From contig CAMTWZ010000021.1 of NCBI GenBank assembly GCA_947085565.1, forward strand, positions 6,025-70,024: a stretch of 64,000 nucleotides of DNA. Reading direction: 5' to 3'. Within the stretch, counting starts at the first letter, position 1; every line of letters starts with the position of its first letter. Of the stretch, positions 59,303 through 64,000 are shown one piece after another. A program made the translations under genes and the position numbers. The stretch comes from an uncultured Bacteroidota bacterium (GTDB taxonomy: Bacteria > Bacteroidota > Rhodothermia > Balneolales > HLUCCA01). The notes beneath the pieces were generated by a model that saw only the letters and a program-made list of their open reading frames with translations, was not told where the DNA came from and did not search any database.

Positions 59303-60433
59303 ATGAAAACCACATCATTCCTATTGCTGATGGTCGCGCTGGGGTGTGCGAGTCAGCCGCCAGCAACATACGACCCCTTGGCCGGGCTCGATTTGACCGA
59401 ATCGCCCGTTTTCAGAGGTGATTCGGTCATTTTCCATTATCAAGGCGCTGCGACAAGCGTCTCATGGAACGGAGACTTCAACGGATGGGGAAGAGCCGAC
59501 ACCATCCCCAACAAAGGCTCCCGATACAAGGATACCGACATATGGTATCTGGTCACCAGCTTTCCATCGACCGCTCGAACCGATTACAAGATCGTGGTCG
59601 ATTCTTCGGCCTGGATTCTGGATCCGAAGAATCCGCATCAGCAGTGGGGTGGAGCAGGACCCAATTCCGAACTCCGCATGCCGCAATGGATTTCCTCACC
59701 CTCCGAAGGGAATCTGGTCGAATTCACGGGCGATATCAAAGGACCTTTCAAAATCCGGAGTGCGTCGCTGGGATATGAGGTGAATTATCAGGTCTATCTG
59801 CCGTCAGGGTATCTGACGATGAAGAAATATCCGGTCTTGTATGTGACCGACGGACACGAATACTTGGATGCGAATCTCGGAAATCTTGCTCATACCGCCG
59901 ATTTCCTCATCGAGAGTGAACAGACGGTTCCCTTTGTGATCGTGGCTGTGGATCCGCGGAATCCATCCAATCCGAGTCAGAATCGCAGGATGGATGAGTT
60001 GGTGCGTAACGATGCCTATGCGAGATTCATCACCAGTGAGTTGTCGCGTGAAGTGGAGGCGTTGTTCTCCGTTCGTGCCGACCCTGCCGGAAAAGCGCTC
60101 TTAGGCACATCCTTGGGAGGGTTGTTCACGACCTGGATTTACGCCAATCATTCCGGCTTTTTCGGGAATTACGCCATCCAATCTCCCGCGTATTGGGTTC
60201 ATCCGAATATCTTCGATGAAGTGGCGATTTCGAAGTCGTCCCCGGCTCAAGTATTCCTCATGGCGGGCACGATGTTCGACGGTTTGGAAAATACACGCCG
60301 CATGAAATCCGTTCTGGAACAGAAACCCGGACAACTGCAGTATCTTGAGGGCCATGAAGGACATTCCTGGGGCTTCTGGCGGTCCCAAGTCCACGAACCA
60401 CTGATTCAATTTTTCCCTTATGCGTCGAATTAA
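59303..60433 (+). CDS. lipoprotein esterase (enterochelin-esterase-like alpha/beta hydrolase with N-terminal E-set/CBM48-like domain)
   Basis: Lipobox VALGC. GTSLGGLFT nucleophile elbow. First ATG at 59303 (the track ORF starts at a TTG at 59297). Confidence 0.7.
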   Translation: MKTTSFLLLMVALGCASQPPATYDPLAGLDLTESPVFRGDSVIFHYQGAATSVSWNGDFNGWGRADTIPNKGSRYKDTDIWYLVTSFPSTARTDYKIVVDSSAWILDPKNPHQQWGGAGPNSELRMPQWISSPSEGNLVEFTGDIKGPFKIRSASLGYEVNYQVYLPSGYLTMKKYPVLYVTDGHEYLDANLGNLAHTADFLIESEQTVPFVIVAVDPRNPSNPSQNRRMDELVRNDAYARFITSELSREVEALFSVRADPAGKALLGTSLGGLFTTWIYANHSGFFGNYAIQSPAYWVHPNIFDEVAISKSSPAQVFLMAGTMFDGLENTRRMKSVLEQKPGQLQYLEGHEGHSWGFWRSQVHEPLIQFFPYASN

Positions 60434-61913
60434 TTCGCTTCTACTGACCCTTTTCTTGGTCGGATCGGTCACGGCCCAACCGTGGACCTTGGTCACCTAC
60501 AACGCTGAGAACATCTTCGACGCCGACGGCATCGCCGTTTATGAAGATTACAAGACCCCGGGTTACACGCCGCGCCATGTATTAACGAAAATTCAGAAAG
60601 TGGCCCAGGTGATGGCCAAATACAACGGCGGAAAAGGTCCGGATGTGATCGTCTTCAACGAGATCGAGACCGACCAAAGCCAATCCGATTTGAATTCCCT
60701 CAACGCGGCTAAATTCCTTCAGCAATGGAGTGGAAAAACACTGGCATGGATGTTCGGGGATGGATTTTCTCCGGCAGTTGCCGACATCCCATCCGAACTG
60801 CTCGTTCTCAAAGCGATGTCGGAAGCTGGAATGTCGGGCTATGAGGTTGTCACCGGCTATGCGCCGCTGGATCCGGCCACCAAAAGGCCTACGCATGCGA
60901 TCAAGAACGTCGTGTTCAGCCGCTTTCCGGTGAAACACGAGCGTACGCGCAGTCATGAGATCGAAGACGCGCGCCCCATTTTGGAAGTCTGGTTGGATGT
61001 GTCCGGACACGATCTCGTGGTCTTTGCCAACCACTGGAAATCGGGGGCTGGAAATCCGCAGATGGAAGTGGCACGGATTCAGAACGCCTCCGTTCTGAAA
61101 GCGCGCTTGGATGAGCTTCGCGCCGAAAACCAAGCGGTGGATTTCATTCTAGCCGGTGATTTCAACAGCGATTACAATCATTCGCAGCGTTACGGCGACA
61201 TCATGCCACAGACGGGCATCAACGGGGTGCTGAAATCATCTGGAAACGAGGCGAAAATCGCCAATGGAACCGTTGTTCCGACCGACCTGGTCTACAACCT
61301 CTGGTTCGAACTTCCGGTGGATCAGCGCAGATCGGATCATTTCCGTGGATATTGGGGCACACTGATGCAGATGTTGATCTCCCCCGGCATGTACAACCAA
61401 GGCGGGGTGTCGTATGTCGACAACTCTTACAGCGTCGGACAATTCGACGGCTTCAACGCCTATTCCAACTCAGGCACGCCGATCCGCTGGAACTTTTTCG
61501 GGGATGGATACGGCTATTCGGATCACTTCCCCATCAGTATGAGCTTCACAGTGACGGGTTTGCGGGATGTCTTTGAACTACGAAATCCATCCCAAGATAA
61601 CGACGATCGCTGGGCTCCGATTCCGGTGATGTACACGGTTCCAAGCGCCGGACAGTACATCGATGCGAGCACCGTCAGCGGCTCACTCCGCACCGCAGAC
61701 TACTTTGACAAGCTATTTTTAGTGACTGGAAACCTTGTGGAAGCCAACCAGATCGTGGTGAATGGTGAGCGCTATGAGCTGTTTTCTCAGTCATTCCGCA
61801 TCCAAGATGCCCTGAGCGGAAATGTGGGCTCCGACGTGACGCTGTTCGGGAGGCTTGGGCAGTTCAGGGGAAGGTGGCAATTGGTGGTTGAGAGTGAGGG
61901 GTATTTGCGTTAG
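60420..61913 (+). CDS. secreted endonuclease/exonuclease/phosphatase (EEP) family protein
   Basis: Signal peptide. YNAENIFD, VFNEIE, LAGDFNS and SDHFPISMSF motifs. Confidence 0.75.
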   Translation: MRRINSLLLTLFLVGSVTAQPWTLVTYNAENIFDADGIAVYEDYKTPGYTPRHVLTKIQKVAQVMAKYNGGKGPDVIVFNEIETDQSQSDLNSLNAAKFLQQWSGKTLAWMFGDGFSPAVADIPSELLVLKAMSEAGMSGYEVVTGYAPLDPATKRPTHAIKNVVFSRFPVKHERTRSHEIEDARPILEVWLDVSGHDLVVFANHWKSGAGNPQMEVARIQNASVLKARLDELRAENQAVDFILAGDFNSDYNHSQRYGDIMPQTGINGVLKSSGNEAKIANGTVVPTDLVYNLWFELPVDQRRSDHFRGYWGTLMQMLISPGMYNQGGVSYVDNSYSVGQFDGFNAYSNSGTPIRWNFFGDGYGYSDHFPISMSFTVTGLRDVFELRNPSQDNDDRWAPIPVMYTVPSAGQYIDASTVSGSLRTADYFDKLFLVTGNLVEANQIVVNGERYELFSQSFRIQDALSGNVGSDVTLFGRLGQFRGRWQLVVESEGYLR

Positions 61914-62033
61914 TGGTTAGTCGTTAGTTGTTTGTTGTTTGTTGTGAAGAGGGGTGGAATCTGAAATCCGAGACCACGACTAACAACTAACGACTAACAA
62001 CTAACAACTAACAACTAACAACCAACAACCAAT
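61913..62033. repeat. inverted repeat with G/T-rich left arm and 8 tandem heptamers ((A/G)ACTAAC) in the right arm
   Basis: Left arm 61913-61946 (GTGGTTAGTCGTTAGTTGTTTGTTGTTTGTTGTG). Heptamer array 61978-62033. GTTAGTCGTTAGTTG is a perfect complement of CAACTAACGACTAAC. Confidence 0.65.
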
Positions 62034-63241
62034 TACCAGACATCTCTGTCCCTCACCCCAATCAAATAAAGTATCCCATCCAAACCAAGGGTTGAAATCG
62101 ACTGCTCGGCTCGTTCTTTAACGATGGGTTTGGCGTGAAAGGCGATTCCGAGGCCGGCGATGGCGAGCATGGGCAGGTCGTTGGCCCCGTCGCCTACGGC
62201 GATTACCTGCTCCAGGCGGATGTTCTCGCGCTGAGCGATGGACTTGAGCAGCTCGGCTTTGCGTTTTCCGTCGACGATGTCGGCGCCGACCTCACCCGTC
62301 ACTTTTCCGTCTTTGATGATCAGCTCATTGGCGAAAACGTGATCGATGCCGAGTTTTTTCTGCAAATGCGCACCGAAATACTGGAATCCGCCTGAGATGA
62401 TCGCGGTCTTGTAGCCGATGCCCTTGAGCGTGGAAATGAGCCGCTCGGCGCCCGGCATGAGCGGGAGGGTGGCGGCGATGTCTTTCAGCACACGCTCATC
62501 CAAGCCTTTCAGCAGGCCGACACGCCGCGCGAAGCTCTCTTTGAAATCCAGTTTCCCTTGCATGGCCTCTTCGGTGATGGCCACCACTTCGGCCCCCACT
62601 CCCGCGGCCTTGGCCAACTCATCGATCACTTCGCACTGAATGAGGGTCGAGTCCATGTCGAACACCACGAGACGGCGGTTCCGGCGGAAGACGTTGTCGA
62701 TCTGAAAAGCGATGTCGACACCCAGCTCCTGGGAAATGCGCATGAAGGAGGCGCGCATGTGCTCGATGTCGCGAGGCACACCGCGCACGGTCAGTTCCAC
62801 GCAGGCTTTCGTGAGGGTGGACCGATCCAACGGAATTCGCCCCGAGAGACGCTTGATGGAGTCGATGTTTAGTGCGTTGGAGGTCACTTCCATCGAAATC
62901 TGATGTAGATGCTCGGCGGTGATCTTCGGTCCGAGCACGGTGATGATGTACCTCGGTTTACCCTGGGCGGCCACCCAGGCGTTGTAATCGGCCGCATCCA
63001 CGGGTTCGAAGCGGGCTTGTAAGCCAAGTTCGTGGGCTTTGAACAGGAGCTCACGGAGCAAGGGTTTCGACTCCGATTCGGCCGGAATATCAAGCAATAT
63101 TCCCAAAGAAAGGGTATCATGGATGTTAGCCTGACCGATGTCCAGAATATCGATTCGGTACTCGGACAGCAGTCGGGTGAGCTCGCTCGTGAGGCCGGGT
63201 TTGTCCTGCCCCGAGATGGTAAATAGAATGATTTCGCGCAT
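62033..63241 (-). CDS. serB: phosphoserine phosphatase with two N-terminal ACT-like domains
   Basis: VVFDMDSTLI and GDGANDLPML HAD motifs. Confidence 0.85.
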   Translation of the reverse strand: MREIILFTISGQDKPGLTSELTRLLSEYRIDILDIGQANIHDTLSLGILLDIPAESESKPLLRELLFKAHELGLQARFEPVDAADYNAWVAAQGKPRYIITVLGPKITAEHLHQISMEVTSNALNIDSIKRLSGRIPLDRSTLTKACVELTVRGVPRDIEHMRASFMRISQELGVDIAFQIDNVFRRNRRLVVFDMDSTLIQCEVIDELAKAAGVGAEVVAITEEAMQGKLDFKESFARRVGLLKGLDERVLKDIAATLPLMPGAERLISTLKGIGYKTAIISGGFQYFGAHLQKKLGIDHVFANELIIKDGKVTGEVGADIVDGKRKAELLKSIAQRENIRLEQVIAVGDGANDLPMLAIAGLGIAFHAKPIVKERAEQSISTLGLDGILYLIGVRDRDVW

Positions 63242-63266
63242 GGCGCGTCAAGTTACGGGAAAAAGA

Positions 63267-63911
63267 ATGATGTCTATTTTGGAAGATCTACGCACCGAGT
63301 ATAAAAAGGCCAGTCTGTTGGAATCGGATGTTCGGCCCAACCCCTTCGACCAGTTCAAGATCTGGTTCGATGAAGCCCTGAAAGCCGGCGTTCCGGAGCC
63401 GAATGCGATGGGTGCAGCGACGGTTGGCAACGACGGACAGCCTACCAACCGCATCGTACTTCTCAAAGGCTTGGAAGAGGAGGCGTTCGTCTTTTATACG
63501 AATTATGAAAGCGAGAAGGGTCAGCAGTTGGCTCAAAATCCGCGCATCGGACTCAATTTCTTCTGGATCGAGCTTGAGAGGCAGGTTCGAATCGACGGAA
63601 CAGTGAGCAAAGTGGATCGGGAAACATCCCGCACGTATTTCCAATCGCGTCCGCGGTTGAGCCAGATTGGCGCTTGGGCGTCCAAACAAAGTTCCTGGGT
63701 GAAAGACCGTGCGTTTCTGGAAGAGGAGTTGGCCCGCCTCGATGAGCAATTCAAGGATGTGGATCCGATTCCGCTACCGGATTCCTGGGGCGGATACGCC
63801 GTCAATCCGCACTACATCGAGTTCTGGCAGGGCAGGAGGAGCCGGCTTCATGACCGCGTCGCCTATGTGAAAGAAGGCGGTGTGTGGACCATCCAGCGCA
63901 AATCTCCCTGA
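63267..63911 (+). CDS. pdxH: pyridoxamine 5'-phosphate oxidase
   Basis: RIVLLKG, FVFYTNYESEKG and IEFWQGRRSRLHDR motifs. Start at the MMSILEDL ATG. Confidence 0.9.
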   Translation: MMSILEDLRTEYKKASLLESDVRPNPFDQFKIWFDEALKAGVPEPNAMGAATVGNDGQPTNRIVLLKGLEEEAFVFYTNYESEKGQQLAQNPRIGLNFFWIELERQVRIDGTVSKVDRETSRTYFQSRPRLSQIGAWASKQSSWVKDRAFLEEELARLDEQFKDVDPIPLPDSWGGYAVNPHYIEFWQGRRSRLHDRVAYVKEGGVWTIQRKSP

Positions 63912-63914
63912 GTT

Positions 63915-64000
63915 TTGGCAAAAGAGAAGCTGTTTCGCTACGAAGCGATCAACCACATGCCGAATGTGATCCAGATGGAATCGAAAGATCCGGCTTGGGT
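63915..64000 (+). CDS. trmB: possible 5' end of tRNA (guanine-N7)-methyltransferase (TTG start), truncated by window end
   Basis: (M)AKEKLFRYEAINHMPNVIQ resembles the GKNKLxxFxE....NVxQ N-terminus of Bacteroidetes TrmB. TTG is the only start codon after the in-frame pdxH stop. Confidence 0.35.
   Translation, partial: MAKEKLFRYEAINHMPNVIQMESKDPAW

Noticed and set aside
61978-62033. Possible CRISPR array or coding repeat in the heptamer tract (also 33441-33473)
   Set aside because: The units are 7 nt and directly abutting, with no spacers, no cas genes and no leader. The tracts are intergenic and complementary to an upstream arm, so I called them periodic inverted repeats.

Overview
Gene-dense 64-kb chromosomal segment. 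Hand counts of sample 60-nt lines give about 58-62 % GC. It probably comes from the Bacteroidota/Ignavibacteriota/Chlorobiota (FCB) radiation: two secreted proteins end in the NYPNPFNP...-type T9SS sorting domain, there is an RRM-type RNA-binding protein, a citramalate synthase sits next to LeuA, and ArgF' is of the Bacteroides acyl-ornithine type. Content is mostly housekeeping. A long minus-strand operon runs DUF2795, Omp85/BamA-like, cNMP-binding protein, rlmD, CrtI-like oxidoreductase, acyltransferase, GltS-like transporter. A plus-strand operon runs tatA-gatA-SDR-M28 peptidase-prmA-ppx. The window also holds an ECF sigma factor, queG, a vapBC module, argG, an operon X-argC-argD-argF'-argB-argE-argH, osmC, a metZ-like gene, a propeller-type sensor kinase, tRNA-Leu(CAA), a CoA-transferase, a minus-strand BCAA supraoperon (ilvB-ilvN-ilvC-cimA-leuA-leuC-leuD-leuB-proC-aminotransferase-hydrolase), ilvD, msrA, serB and pdxH. 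Adjacent genes very often share 4-nt ATGA/GTGA stop/start overlaps. I used that to trim many track ORFs to shorter starts. Most interesting observations: (1) A 110-nt element, 109/110 identical, lies directly upstream of both argG and the arg operon. It encodes a 25-codon Arg-codon-containing leader peptide with mutually exclusive antiterminator and terminator helices, i.e. a putative arginine attenuator. (2) A 2.2-kb AT-rich island (about 27-33 % GC) lies between the two copies. It encodes a 6-Cys Gly-rich secreted peptide, a GPGEF-motif beta-propeller lipoprotein and a membrane-anchored thioredoxin-fold-like protein. (3) An uncharacterised P-loop (GTxxxVGKT) protein occupies the first slot of the arg operon, where an N-acylglutamate synthase would be expected. 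(4) Three intergenic inverted repeats have arms built from 7- or 8-nt tandem units. (5) The vapBC cassette is bracketed by inverted repeats and studded with palindromes that carry compensatory changes. (6) A Leu/Ile-rich mini-ORF lies upstream of ilvB. (7) A frameshift separates a signal peptide from its T9SS cargo domain. All calls come from reading the sequence and from remembered family motifs. No searches were run.
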